From an uncultured delta proteobacterium (GTDB lineage: Bacteria > Desulfobacterota > WTBG01 > CAIYCZ01 > CAIRTM01): 64,000 nucleotides of DNA. Shown here piece by piece: positions 10,329 through 21,754 of the stretch (within the stretch, counting starts at the first letter, position 1; each line of letters begins with the position of its first letter). Under the pieces are notes generated by a model, which saw only the letters and a program-made list of their open reading frames with translations, searched no databases and was not told where the DNA came from. Made by a program: the position numbers and the translations under genes. The stretch spans positions 96,001 through 160,000 of the forward strand of contig CAWDSQ010000030.1 of NCBI GenBank assembly GCA_963804955.1, written 5' to 3'.

Positions 10329-12035
10329 TTACATAACTGGCTGCATGCCGTTGAGCTCGCGCATTTTATTGACCGCTGCCTTTACCTCACCGGGGAACTG
10401 CTGCCATTCATCTTCGGTGAACACCTGACGCCCCGGAGAGGCCACGTTGTTGGGATCAAACACCTTTCTGATTTTTCGCATGAAAAGATGGGCGTTCGGG
10501 CCTGCTTCGGGGAACATGGTCGTGAAGGGCTCCACATTCACGAAGGCCATCAGCTGGGGCCCCAGATTGTTTTTCGCGACCACGGCAGCGCCGTAGATGC
10601 CGAATCCCATGGCCTTGCGGATTTCATCGGGCAGGACCGGGTCGGGATAATTGTCGGTCTCAAACAGGCAGAAGTGCCCGCGCTGCAGCGCATAAACAAA
10701 AGGAGTGTCATCAGCGCCGCCCCGGTCGGTAATGTCGAGCTCGCCGAACATATCAAGTGCCTTTTTCCACTCCCGCGAAACCGTAAGCGCGCTGTCCAGA
10801 GGCCCCACGGGCAGCCACGCGTTTGCGTAAAATTTGCGGTTCATGCGGTAGCCGTGGCAGTGCCGGATACAGTCATAATTCCATGGCTGCAGGGCCTCAA
10901 GAACCTCGGGCTTATGCTCGGGTGACAGCAGGGTCCCGCCCGCCTCTTCAATAATCTGCCGCACGACCTGCTCCTCATAGGCAATCTGTTTGTCCGAGGT
11001 CGTGTTGACAAGAATCACATAGCAGTTCCAGTCGGGGAAAAAGTGCTCTTTGCAGCGCTTGATCGTTACGTCCTGCGTGGGTGAGCAGTAAAAGGCCGAA
11101 TAGACGCCGGTGGCGTTCAGGCCGATGGCAACGCCCGAGTGGCAAATCTCGCGCATGGCCCGGAGCTGGCTTTCAAAATCCCGGAACTCCGCCCAGAGGA
11201 GCTTGTGGTTTTTCAGGGGCTCGGGGGGGTTGTCGTATTTTTCATCATGCACGTCGATAAGGCTCGGCCTGCCTGCGGGAAGCTCGGGAAATGATTCTCC
11301 GCCCGTCCAGGCATGGAGCTTTACCGTTATCTCAACGACAATGCCGTTCGTGCCGATCCCGGAGCGCTGCAGCCCCATTAGGTCCGGGCCGGGACCGTAT
11401 TCCCAGAAGTCCCCTGCCCGGGGCATGCAGCGCGACCCTGTCTCGAGGATATCGCCATCGGGGAGCACCATCTTGACGCTCACGATGTTGCGGTTGAACA
11501 GCCCGTACTTCAGGTCCGTCTGCCACAGCCCTGCAAACGCGAACTGCGAGGAGAGCTTGCACAGCGTTGTGGCAAGGGGCGTGCCGCCGTTCCACAGGCC
11601 CCGCTTCATGGCCTCGGCCTGCAGCTGGGCATAATCCACATACGGCTCAAGGGTGGCGCTCATGTTCTGCGTGTCGATGCTCACGACCCGGTTCATGCGC
11701 GACAGGTGGATAATGAGGGTCGGCTCCTGGTTGGTGGGGTTGCAGAAGACCTGGCCATTGGTGAAGGGAATAAAAGGGACAGCGTAGCGGTTGCAGATTT
11801 TCACAATTGCCTGAACCTCATCGATCGTGCCCGGCAGCACGGCGCAGGCGGGCAGCACATGGGGGTCTTTTTCATGCTTTTTCAGAAAGCTTGCGCCCTC
11901 GATGGACATTTTGCTGTAGGTCTCGACAACGGAGCGCTGCTCATATATCCACTGTTCGCCGACCACATTTTTCAGCGCCGCATAGACGGGCCGGGCCAGC
12001 TTTTTCTGAAGAACCTTCTTTTTCGTGTCACTCAT
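10329..12035 (-). CDS. FAD-binding oxidoreductase (GlcD/VAO-like)
   Basis: PACAVLPGTIDEVQAIVK, LSRMNRV, GPGPDL...GTNGIV and C-terminal FDPNNVASPG. Confidence 0.8.
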   Translation of the reverse strand: MSDTKKKVLQKKLARPVYAALKNVVGEQWIYEQRSVVETYSKMSIEGASFLKKHEKDPHVLPACAVLPGTIDEVQAIVKICNRYAVPFIPFTNGQVFCNPTNQEPTLIIHLSRMNRVVSIDTQNMSATLEPYVDYAQLQAEAMKRGLWNGGTPLATTLCKLSSQFAFAGLWQTDLKYGLFNRNIVSVKMVLPDGDILETGSRCMPRAGDFWEYGPGPDLMGLQRSGIGTNGIVVEITVKLHAWTGGESFPELPAGRPSLIDVHDEKYDNPPEPLKNHKLLWAEFRDFESQLRAMREICHSGVAIGLNATGVYSAFYCSPTQDVTIKRCKEHFFPDWNCYVILVNTTSDKQIAYEEQVVRQIIEEAGGTLLSPEHKPEVLEALQPWNYDCIRHCHGYRMNRKFYANAWLPVGPLDSALTVSREWKKALDMFGELDITDRGGADDTPFVYALQRGHFCLFETDNYPDPVLPDEIRKAMGFGIYGAAVVAKNNLGPQLMAFVNVEPFTTMFPEAGPNAHLFMRKIRKVFDPNNVASPGRQVFTEDEWQQFPGEVKAAVNKMRELNGMQPVM

Positions 12036-12071
12036 TATCTGTCGCCTCCTTGCACTGTGCGGAAAAATTAC

Positions 12072-13319
12072 TCACCCGATGCCCAGCGACCGGACCATAA
12101 GCTGCGTCAGGTCATAGAGCTTCATGCCGTCGCTCATTTTGTCGATAGCCTCGCCAAGGTTCTGCTCGCAGAAGGGGCAGGCTGTCACAATGGCGCTTGC
12201 GCCGGTTTTTTTAGCTTCGCCGATGCGCTTGACCGCTGTCTTAAGGGCAAAGTCGCGGAATGCCGTGCGCGCGCCGCCGCCCCCGCCGCAGCACCATGAC
12301 TGGTCCTTGATGCGCTCCATTTCCACAAGCTCCATGCCCGGCATGGCCCGCAGCAGCCTGCGCGGCTCTTCATAAATGCCGCAGTGGCGCCCGAGATGGC
12401 AGGGGTCATGCCAGGTGGCGCGCAGGGGCTCGCTGTTGGTGAACACCAGCCTTTTTTCTTCTACCAGCCGGTCGAAATACTGCGAAGAGTGATACACCTT
12501 TGCCTGCAGCGCAGGAGCATTCGGGATCTGGGGATAGTCATGCGTCAGAGCCCGGTAGCAGCCGGGGCAAAAGGTGACGATCTCACGCGCGCCGGCATCG
12601 TTCAGACGCTCGATGTTGCGCTTTGCAAGGCTCATGAACGTGTCGCGGTCGCCGATGCGGGCCACGGGGCTGCCGCAGCAGAGCTCCTCCTTGCCGAGTA
12701 TCCCGATGTCGACATTCGCGTGCAGCAGAATACGGGCCGTACTCTGCGCAACATGCCACAGCGTATTGTCGAAGGCCGAGGTGCAGCCCACGAAAAAGAG
12801 GACCTCTGCCCGGTCTTTGCCCGCATCTTTTATGGGGAGCTTCCTGGCCCACCGGTCGCGCTGCGTGCGGGGCTGCATCCACGGGTTGTCATAGTTCTTG
12901 ACGCTTTTTATGAGGGCCTTGTGCTCGGGCATGGGGCCCACGCCGTCGCGCACAAACTGGGCCCGCAGGGTTTCATTGACCTGCAGGGGCTCCTTGTCCT
13001 GCAGCCGCTGGCAGTTCATTTCGCAGGCCCCGCAGGTCGTGCAGGTGTAGAGGAACTTGACCACCTCCGGGGCGTCCTCATAGTCGAAATCCCCTTCAAG
13101 CAGCGCCCGGGCAATGTGCATCTTGCCCATGCCCGAATAGGGGAAAATGCGGTATTCGTGAAAAGCGGGGCACACCTCGGAATACTCAGCGCTCTTGACA
13201 TTCCAGCCCCAGTGGTTCTGGCACCAGTTGCACCGGGCGCAGCCCCAGATGGAGTCGCGGTAGTCGGCAAGCTCTTTTTCAAAAAACTTCTTCTCCGGCT
13301 TTATGTCGTAATATGGCAT
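12072..13319 (-). CDS. (Fe-S)-binding CCG-domain protein (GlpC/HdrD/GlcF-like)
   Basis: CARCNWC and CTTCGACEMNC ferredoxin motifs; two CCG domains (ELCCG, HDPCHLGR, WCCGGGGG, TACPFC). Confidence 0.88.
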   Translation of the reverse strand: MPYYDIKPEKKFFEKELADYRDSIWGCARCNWCQNHWGWNVKSAEYSEVCPAFHEYRIFPYSGMGKMHIARALLEGDFDYEDAPEVVKFLYTCTTCGACEMNCQRLQDKEPLQVNETLRAQFVRDGVGPMPEHKALIKSVKNYDNPWMQPRTQRDRWARKLPIKDAGKDRAEVLFFVGCTSAFDNTLWHVAQSTARILLHANVDIGILGKEELCCGSPVARIGDRDTFMSLAKRNIERLNDAGAREIVTFCPGCYRALTHDYPQIPNAPALQAKVYHSSQYFDRLVEEKRLVFTNSEPLRATWHDPCHLGRHCGIYEEPRRLLRAMPGMELVEMERIKDQSWCCGGGGGARTAFRDFALKTAVKRIGEAKKTGASAIVTACPFCEQNLGEAIDKMSDGMKLYDLTQLMVRSLGIG

Positions 13320-13356
13320 TGATACAGCCTCCTTTGCCCGTTATGGGCGCCTCGAG

Positions 13357-14814
13357 TTAAAAACAGAGCTGGCCCGGGTTCATGATATTGCACGGATCAA
13401 TTTCGCGCTTAATCTCCTGAAGCTTCTTGGTGTAGGAGCCCGCCCTGCGGTACACCATGTCTGCCCATGCGCCATAGGGCCTGTCGAAAAAGGCGCCTTC
13501 GTCGATCAAGCGCTCGCTCACGTCGCGCCACAGCGCTTTCACCCGCTCGGTTTCACGGCCGTCCCGGGGATTGCAGTGAAAATCAGCCTCGCAATGATAG
13601 GCCCGGCCCCGCTCAAGGGGCAGTACATAGACGCCCACATCCTGAAGCGGATAATTATAGGTGTTGATAAATTCCATGACCGTTTTCTGAAAATCCGGGA
13701 AGCGGCGCAGGGTTGTTTTAAATGAAAGATTGTGAACAGAGCCGCGGTAGCAGAATTTTTTAAGGATGCCCCAGGGCCGGAGAAGCTCGGCAAGCAAACA
13801 GTCGCGCAGGCGGCCGTCTTCATAGAAGGGAAGATGTGCCGCGGCGCAGACGGACTCAAGCGCCTCTGCCTCATAGGCTGTTTTCCCCTCTGGCATGCGC
13901 GGACCGCCGCTGATGCACACGGCAAGCAGCCACGGCGGCAGGCTTGCCCTTAAAGACTCAAACTCCTGCGACGGCTTCATGGGGGCGGGAAAATCCTGCG
14001 GCACCGCCCAGTCGGAACACAGCAGCGCTGCGGCATTGAAGGCATTCAGCATGAAGCACTCAAGCCCGATTTCCTTTCTCTGCAGCATGCGCAGGGGCTC
14101 CATGGCTTCGGGGAATGAATCAAAAGGAACCATAAAAAGATTTCGCGACCGTGGCAGATATTCAACCTTGATGTTCATTTTCGTCATAATGCCAAGGGTG
14201 CCCTGAGCGCCTGTCCAGAGTCTGTTCAGCATGGCCCGCACGGGCCCCATGGGCGAGCCTGGCTTGACGCCGGATGCCCACAGCCCCGTGCGAAAGAGGT
14301 CGCCCGAGGGCAGCACTATTTCGGTGTCCATGATCAGCTCATTGCCGTATTCAAAGCTTGCGGCGGCAAGGGCGGGGTCGCGCTCAAGAAAGCTCGTCAG
14401 GGCGGAGCGGTTCGGGTGGATGCCAAGAGGGAGCATCGCCCTGAGCCCGTGGCGCTCAAGCTCGTCCTGCAGGGCGCTTGCGGTAACTCCCGGCTCAATC
14501 ACGCAGGACCAGTTGTCAACGTCCACGGCAAGTATTTTATTCATCCGCGACAGGTTGAGAACTATGCCGCCCTCGCGGGGGACTGTCCCGCCCTGGAGAT
14601 TGAGGCCCGAGCTGAACGGCACCAGGGGCACTCTGGTTTTATTGGCGTATTTGACAATCGACTGAACCTGCTCGACTGAATGGGCAAAAGCCACAAGATC
14701 AGGCATGCGGGGCGAGACAAAGCTCTGGTCTGAGGCATAGCGGCTGAGGCTCTGCTCGTCATCCAGCACGCTGTCGGGGCCGACAATGGCCGTGAGGTCG
14801 TTTTTAATGGACAT
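13357..14814 (-). CDS. FAD-binding oxidoreductase (GlcD-like)
   Basis: PDLVAFAHSVEQV, NLSRMNKI, GAQGTLGI and DPCNIMNPG. Confidence 0.85.
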   Translation of the reverse strand: MSIKNDLTAIVGPDSVLDDEQSLSRYASDQSFVSPRMPDLVAFAHSVEQVQSIVKYANKTRVPLVPFSSGLNLQGGTVPREGGIVLNLSRMNKILAVDVDNWSCVIEPGVTASALQDELERHGLRAMLPLGIHPNRSALTSFLERDPALAAASFEYGNELIMDTEIVLPSGDLFRTGLWASGVKPGSPMGPVRAMLNRLWTGAQGTLGIMTKMNIKVEYLPRSRNLFMVPFDSFPEAMEPLRMLQRKEIGLECFMLNAFNAAALLCSDWAVPQDFPAPMKPSQEFESLRASLPPWLLAVCISGGPRMPEGKTAYEAEALESVCAAAHLPFYEDGRLRDCLLAELLRPWGILKKFCYRGSVHNLSFKTTLRRFPDFQKTVMEFINTYNYPLQDVGVYVLPLERGRAYHCEADFHCNPRDGRETERVKALWRDVSERLIDEGAFFDRPYGAWADMVYRRAGSYTKKLQEIKREIDPCNIMNPGQLCF

Positions 14815-14897
14815 GCTTGCCTCCTCTAGATGGTGTCTGTAGCGCGTAGTTTGCCTGTGGCGGAGGGCCCGCTCTATGTGTATGGTGACATACTAAA

Positions 14898-14931
14898 TGA
14901 CCGTGGTCAACATTTTTATGACCACAGTCAT
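14898..14931. promoter_or_regulatory. Tandem palindromic operators, probably bound by the adjacent TetR
   Basis: TGACCGTGGTCA (14898-14909) and ATGACCACAGTCAT (14918-14931); the first overlaps a minus-strand TTGACC -35 element upstream of the oxidoreductase operon. Confidence 0.6.
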
Positions 14932-15024
14932 ATTTTTTTATAAAAATGTGCGTGCTGCCGGTCCGGCGCATGGCGGGAGCTATGCATGGGGAATCAAGAA
15001 GAAGGCGGGGGGGGGGCGGCCGGC

Positions 15025-15627
15025 TTAGCGGTGGTCCCGGGCAACGCCCTGGAGCATAAGCAGGCTGACCTCGCGAATGCGCTCAACGCACTGCTTTTTC
15101 GTTTTTATGAAGCCGTTGGTCCAGTAGATGACATACATGGTGTAGATCGCAAAAACCATTTCCGCCAGATGGCCCGAATCGATATCGTCGCGGATTTCGC
15201 CCCGCTGCTTGGCCTCGTCAAAAAGCCCGGCAAGCTGCCGCATCAGGTTCAGCTCATTTCTGTTGCTGCCCGTGCCGAGATTCATGACCCGCTCTTTGAT
15301 GAGCACCGATGAAAACTCTTTATTGGGGAATATATATTTAATATAGGTCGCGATCAGCAGCTCGATTTTTTCAGATATGGTTGACAGCAGGGGCATTTTC
15401 CGCTGAATTTCATCAATGCTTTTTGCAAATTCCGTATCGAGAAAATAGAGGAGCACATCCTCTTTTTTAGGAAAAAAGTTATAAAAAGTCCCCTTGGCAA
15501 CATGCGCCGCCCGGGTGATGTCTTCAACTGTGGTCAACTCGAATCCTTTTTTTGAAAAGAGATCCATGGCCGCGCGCAAAATTTCACCGCGCCGGTTTGC
15601 TTTCTGCGTTTCCCGTTTCCCCGGCAT
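15025..15627 (-). CDS. TetR/AcrR family regulator
   Basis: ILRAAMDLFSKKGFELTTVEDITRAAHVAKGTFYNFFPKKED HTH signature. Confidence 0.93.
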   Translation of the reverse strand: MPGKRETQKANRRGEILRAAMDLFSKKGFELTTVEDITRAAHVAKGTFYNFFPKKEDVLLYFLDTEFAKSIDEIQRKMPLLSTISEKIELLIATYIKYIFPNKEFSSVLIKERVMNLGTGSNRNELNLMRQLAGLFDEAKQRGEIRDDIDSGHLAEMVFAIYTMYVIYWTNGFIKTKKQCVERIREVSLLMLQGVARDHR

Positions 15628-16394
15628 GCCGGACTTCCTCCATGTTCTAATAGTAAGTCAAACAACTATAAGAAGCAGCGAAATGTCTGTCAATGGAATT
15701 TTGAGTTTTCATATCAAAACATGCAGTGTTTGAGTTGCATTCTTCAGGAAACACATCGCCATAGGAGATGGCTTTCTGAAGACAATGACAATACATATTT
15801 GAATTTTACAACCTGATTCAATTTCAGGGTTCCGGGGATTCTGGTTTTTTTATTTTTTCAATATCAGATATATCATCCATTCCGCCAAATCGCCTGCAGT
15901 TTACCCCGCTAGAGTATCACGGTTTTTTGCAGGCGAGTGTATTGGAGCACAAATGCATGCTCCAAAAGTGTATGACGGTACATGTCTTTAGGGTTTAAAG
16001 AGCGCAAAGATAAATTTTTATTAAAAAAGCAGTTGGTTTTTTATGAAAAACAGCCTGGATTTTGTTTGCAATAGTATTATAAAACAAATAAAAGTGATCA
16101 TAGTATAATTATTTTTATAATTTTTTTACCATAAATTTGATTCTGGTTGGAATTTGGCATGACCCGTGTATTGGATAGAATGCGAAAGATTTTTTTGTCG
16201 GAAAGGTGCATCCAATGTGTATGAACATGAAGGTATATATGCTGGTTGAACAAGTAATTAAAAACTTGTACGCAATGTTTACGGAAAGCTTTGTATTCTG
16301 GCCGCAGATTGCGGTGCCCATATATATCGAGAGCATTGACCGTACAGGCAGGTTGCCTGGTTTTGGAAATACGAATAGTACAGGGAGGTTTCCC

Positions 16395-19300
16395 ATGATG
16401 AAACGATATATCGCAACAGTGCTGTTTTTTTGCGCGCTCTGGCCGTTTGCGGCCGCAGCAGCCCCGAGCTTGCGCTACCAGGCCGACATTCATGGCGATT
16501 TCGTGATGATAGGCGGGCCAACTGCTCATGACTGCAGCGCCGTCGCTCCAGCCACTGGCACTGTTTCAGATTGCGGCGGAACTGATGCAGCGGCCGGTTC
16601 TGCCAATAACTTCTGGCGCTCGGATGTCACTCCTCCCAGAACGAGAAACTCCTATTCCATAGCCCAGGCGAATACCACTTTAAAACTTACCCTCCCTGCG
16701 GGAGCCGTCGTCAATAAAGCATATCTCTACTGGGGTGGAACCGCCCAAAACGACGGGTTCTACGACAATACAGCAACCATCTCCCGCACAGGCACGGGCG
16801 CGTTTACGGCAAATGTAACGGCCAGTCAGTATTGGAAATCGAATCTTTCCGGTGTCTATTTCTACCAGGCTGTGGCCGATGTGACTACTATACTCGCTAA
16901 CAATGTGCGGGATTATGGTGCCGGCGCATATCGTGCAGGCAATTTCGCTGTTTATAATTTCCCCGCTAATCAAAGCCAAAAAAACAACGTTTCCGGCTGG
17001 TGGCTGGTTGTTTTTTACGAGCTTGCCACCGAACCGCTACGTAATCTCGTTGTGTTTGACGGACTTGATATGGTTGATGTTGACAATACCCCGGCGACAG
17101 CGAATTTAGCCGGTTTTGAGGTCCCGAACGCCGGATTCGACGGCAAACTGGGAGTTGTGACGTATGAGGGTGACAACCACATCACCGGCGATAGTCTTTC
17201 ATTCGGAGGTCATACGCTGAGCAATAATTTAAATCCGTCTGACAATTTTTTTAATTCCACTCGCTCCTATTTCGGCTCTGCTGTGCAGGTGACAGGTGAC
17301 CTGCCACGGCTTACCGGAGCCATAAACAGCCAGTCCGGAATGGACTTCGACCTTGTTGATATTAAGCCGTATCTTACTGCAGGCCAGACTTCCGCCCAGA
17401 TTCAGGCCGCAAGCACCCAGGATCGTTTTTGGCTTGGATGTTTTGTTACATCCATAGCAACCTATAGGCCGAATTTTGCAAGTTCAGCATTAACCGCTGT
17501 TGACGTGAATGGCCCCCCTCTGCTGGCAGGCGATATACTCGAATACACCGGCACTATTGTCAATAACGGCAATGACGCCTCTCTCAGTACAGTGCTGCTC
17601 GTCCCCCTGCCTGCCATGGTCAACGATGTCCCGGACAGTCTTCAGATCGTGTCAGGCGCCAATGCCGGAGCAAAGACGGATGCAATCGACACTGATCAGG
17701 GCCAATACGACTCAGCAACGCGTACGATATACTTTAATCTTGGTACCGGCGCCACCGGCACGCAGGGCGGCCGCATGGCCATTGGCGATACCGCTGTCGT
17801 GCGTTTCCGCGTGCAGGTAATGCCCGGATTTTCCGGAATTTTGGATATCCAGGCTTCCATTGGAGCAAGCGGCGAGCTTGGTGCGCCGCAGGATCAGACC
17901 CCAACCGACGGCAATGGCGGCGGGGCCGGCGAGCCGCCGACGGAAGTCATTGTCGATGAATGCGTTACCAATGCCAATTGTTCCTCACCCGAGTCAATAT
18001 GCAATACAGGGGCATCTCCCAAGTCGTGCGTTCAGTGCCTGATGAATTCTGATTGCTCGGCTCCGACACCGTACTGCAGCCCAACCACCAATACCTGCCT
18101 GACCTGCAGTAATCCGTCGACTGAAATATGCGACGGCATTGATAATGACTGCGACGGCACGATTGATGAAGGGCTTACCCAAAACATATTTTACCATGAT
18201 GCCGATGGCGACACCTTCGGCGATCCTTCTGATGCAGTACAGGCATGTTCGGCGCCCGCTGGATATGTCGCAAATAATCTTGACTGTAATGATGCCAGTG
18301 CAGCTATCAAGCCGGGCGTAACTGAAATATGCGACGGCATCGATAATAACTGCGACGGACAGACAGATGAGTATCTGCCGCTCAATTCGTATTACCGTGA
18401 TGCCGATGGCGATAACTACGGCAATGCGGCGCAATTTACGCAGACCTGCTCGGGTACACCTCCTGCCGGGTATGTTAGCAACAGCGCGGACTGCAATGAC
18501 AGTAATGCAGCGATCTATCCCGGTGCCACGGATGCCAATTGTAATGGCATAGACGACAACTGCAATGGTCAGACGGACGAAGGCTATGTGGCAGTAAGCA
18601 GTTGCTTTCTGCCGGGTGCCTGCGCGGCAGGCAACCAGGCATCAACCTGCGTGGCGGGAGTTGAGACGGGTTGCCAGACAGGCACTCCTGCGGCAAGTGA
18701 CGATACCTGCGACGGGATAGACAATAACTGCAATGGCGCAGTTGATGAAGGATATGTGAACTGCTTCCTGCCGGGCGCCTGCGCGGCAGGTAATGTGGCA
18801 TCAAGCTGTACAGCAGGAATTGAGACCGCGTGCCAGACGGGCACTCCAGCGGCATGCTGATGATACCTGCGACGGGATAGACAATAACTGCAATGGCGCA
18901 GCTGACGAAGGCTATGTGGCAGTAACGAACTGCTTTCTGCCGGGCGCCTGCGCAGCGGGTAATGTAGGCATCGACCTGCGAGGCAGGAATTGAGACCGCA
19001 TGCCAGACAGGCACTCCTGCGGCTGCTGACGACAGCTGCGACGGGATAGACAATAACTGCAATGGCGCGACCGACGAAGGCTATGTGGCAGTAACGAGCT
19101 GCTTCCTGCCGGGCGCCTGCGCAGCGGGTAATGTAGGCGTCAAGCTGTACAGCAGGAATTGAGACGGCGTTGCCAGACAGGAACGCCAGCGGCAAGCTGA
19201 CGATACCTGCGACGGGATAGACAATAACTGCAATGGCGCGAGCCGATGAAGGCTATGTGGCAGTAACGAGCTGCTTCCTGCCGGGCGCCTGCGCGGCGGG

Positions 19301-21466
19301 AATGAGGCATCAAGCTGCACAGCAGGAGTTGAGACCGCCTGCCAGACAGGCACTCCTGCGGCATGCTGACGACACCTGCGACGGGATAGACAATAACTGC
19401 AATGGCGCGAGCCGACGAAGGCTATGTGGCAGTAACGAACTGCTTCCTGCCGGGCGCCTGCGCGGCAGGGAATGTAGCATCAAGCTGTACAGCAGGAATT
19501 GAGACCGCGTGCCAGACGGGAACGCCTGCGGCAAGTGACGATACCTGCGACGGGATAGATAATAATTGCAATGGTGCAGTTGATGAAGGCTATGTGGCAG
19601 TAACGAGCTGCTTTCTGCCGGGCGCGTGCGCAGCGGGTAATGTAGCATCGACCTGCGTGGCGGGAGTCGAGACGGGTTGCCAGACAGGCACTCCAGCGGC
19701 TGCTGATGACAGCTGCGACGGGATAGACAATAACTGCAATGGCGCGACCGATGAAGGCTATGTGGCAGTAACGAGCTGCTTCCTGCCGGGTGCCTGCGCA
19801 AGCGGGAATGTGGCGTCAAGCTGCACAGCAGGAATTGAGACCGCGTGTCAGACAGGAACGCCTGCGGCAAGTGATGACAGCTGCGACGGCATAGACAATA
19901 ACTGCAATGGCGCGACCGATGAAGGCTATGTGGCAGTAACTAACTGCTTCCTGCCGGGTGCCTGCGCGGCAGGGAATGTAGGCATCAAGCTGTACAGCAG
20001 GAATTGAGACGGGTTGCCAGACAGGCACTCCTGCGGCAAGTGACGATACCTGCGACGGAATCGACAATAACTGTAATGGCGCAGCCGACGAAGGCTATGT
20101 GGCAGTAACGAACTGCTTCCTGCCGGGCGCCTGCGCGGCAGGGAATGTAGCATCAAGCTGTACAGCAGGAATTGAGACCGCGTGCCAGACGGGAACGCCT
20201 GCGGCAAGTGATGACAGTTGCGACGGGATAGATAATAATTGCAATGGTGCAGTTGATGAAGGCTATGTGGCAGTAACGAGCTGCTTTCTGCCGGGCGCGT
20301 GCGCAGCGGGTAATGTAGCATCGACCTGCGTGGCGGGAGTCGAGACGGGTTGCCAGACAGGCACTCCAGCGGCTGCTGATGACAGCTGCGACGGGATAGA
20401 CAATAACTGCAATGGCGCGACCGATGAAGGCTATGTGGCAGTAACGAGCTGCTTCCTGCCGGGTGCCTGCGCAAGCGGGAATGTGGCGTCAAGCTGTACA
20501 GCCGGTATTGAAACCGCCTGCCAGACGGGAACGCCTGTACCTGAGACCTGCAACAGCATCGATGACAACTGCGACGGGCAGGTTGATGAGGAGGCATGTG
20601 TCACGACGACATCCACGATCGTATCTACAACGACAACAACAATTGATGGCGGACCGGTTGATGCTGACAATGATCATGACGGCATTCTTGATGCAGCTGA
20701 TAACTGTCCGAACAGCTGCAACCCTGAGCAGCTTGATGCCAATGGCGACGGCATCGGTGATGTGTGTGACCAGACGCCCGGCTGCGGCGGCTGCGGACAG
20801 CCTGTGTGTGAGCTGCAGGGACAGTGCGATTCTGACAATGACAGTATTATTGATGCCGCAGATAATTGCCCGGCTATTGCCAACCCCCGGCAGCTTGATG
20901 CCGACGGTGATGAGACAGGAGATGTGTGTGACCAGACCCCCGGCTGCGGCGGCGGTTGCGGACAGCCTGTGTGTGAGCTGCAGGTTGATGCGGACCATGA
21001 CGGCTGGAGTGATGTCGTTGACAACTGCCGGAATATCTGCAATGGCCTTCAGCTTGATGCTGATGGCGACGGGACAGGAGATGTGTGTGACCAGACGCCC
21101 GGCTGCGGCGGCGAAGGGCAGCCTGACTGCGAACAGACATGCGATTTAGACAATGATGATATTTTTAACAGCCTTGACAACTGCCCGGACATAGCCAACC
21201 CCCGGCAGCTTGATGCCGATGGCGACGGCAACGGCGACGTGTGTGACCTGTCACCCGGTTGTGGCGGCCGCGGCCAGTCGCTCTGTGAGGGCCAGGTGGA
21301 TACAGACGGAGACGGCTGGGCTGATGCCGTTGACAGCTGCCCCTCTATGTGCAACGTGCAGCAGCTTGATGCTGATGGTGACGGCGCAGGTGATGCATGC
21401 GATACAACGCCCGGCTGCGGCGGCTGCGGACAGCCCGTGTGTGAGGAGGTGTGTACGCTGCAGTAG
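16395..21466 (+). CDS. Giant (~1,690 aa) secreted Cys-rich repeat protein: N-terminal beta domain, DUF11-like domain, MopE-type metal-binding repeats, 12 x 56-aa repeats, Thr linker, 5 TSP3-like/CGGCG modules; frameshifts in the repeat array
   Basis: GGAGG RBS and signal peptide MMKRYIATVLFF. AYLYWGG; GDILEYT..I.NNG; EICDGIDNDCDGTIDE repeats. ORFs 16206-18860, 19402-20007 and 20099-21466 form a continuous repeat series. Confidence 0.8.
18579..20540 (+). repeat. Intragenic tandem array of about 12 units of ~168 bp
   Basis: Unit GYVAVTSCFLPGACAAGNVASSCTAGIETACQTGTPAASDDTCDGIDNNCNGAVDE; GAAGGCTATGTGGCAGTA recurs every ~168 bp. Confidence 0.92.
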
Positions 21467-21535
21467 ATAAATCGTAGAACATGGGTATGCTCAAACAATA
21501 CGTGCCGTGTTAACCAGTTGATCCTGTGATACAGC

Positions 21536-21576
21536 AAAAAGCCTGACAGCACTCTGCAGTTGTCAGGCTTTTTTTT
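21536..21576 (+). terminator. Rho-independent terminator
   Basis: AAAAAGCCTGACA...TGTCAGGCTTTTTTTT. Confidence 0.8.
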
Positions 21577-21754
21577 ATTATTCATAGTACCTGTTGCAAG
21601 CACAATTGCCAGCCAGCATGCAGTCATTATAGACTTGCCTTGTAATATAGCATTGTCTGATATCTCAAAGTCATGTTATAAAAGGTAATCAATGCAGCCG
21701 AACTTACCAATCAAACTAATGCAACCAATGTAACCGCTTGCACTCATTGAACCA

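Noticed and set aside
15760..15800. Fluoride riboswitch (GGAGATGG start)
   Set aside because: The pairing partner and downstream conserved elements are not found, and no relevant gene follows.
16153..16170. Sigma-54 promoter TTGGCATGACCCGTGTA for the giant protein
   Set aside because: The -24 element is good but the -12 element is poor; insufficient support without TSS data.
18579..20540. CRISPR or DGR template/variable repeats
   Set aside because: These are coding tandem repeats with mostly synonymous variation. There is no adenine-specific pattern and no reverse transcriptase.
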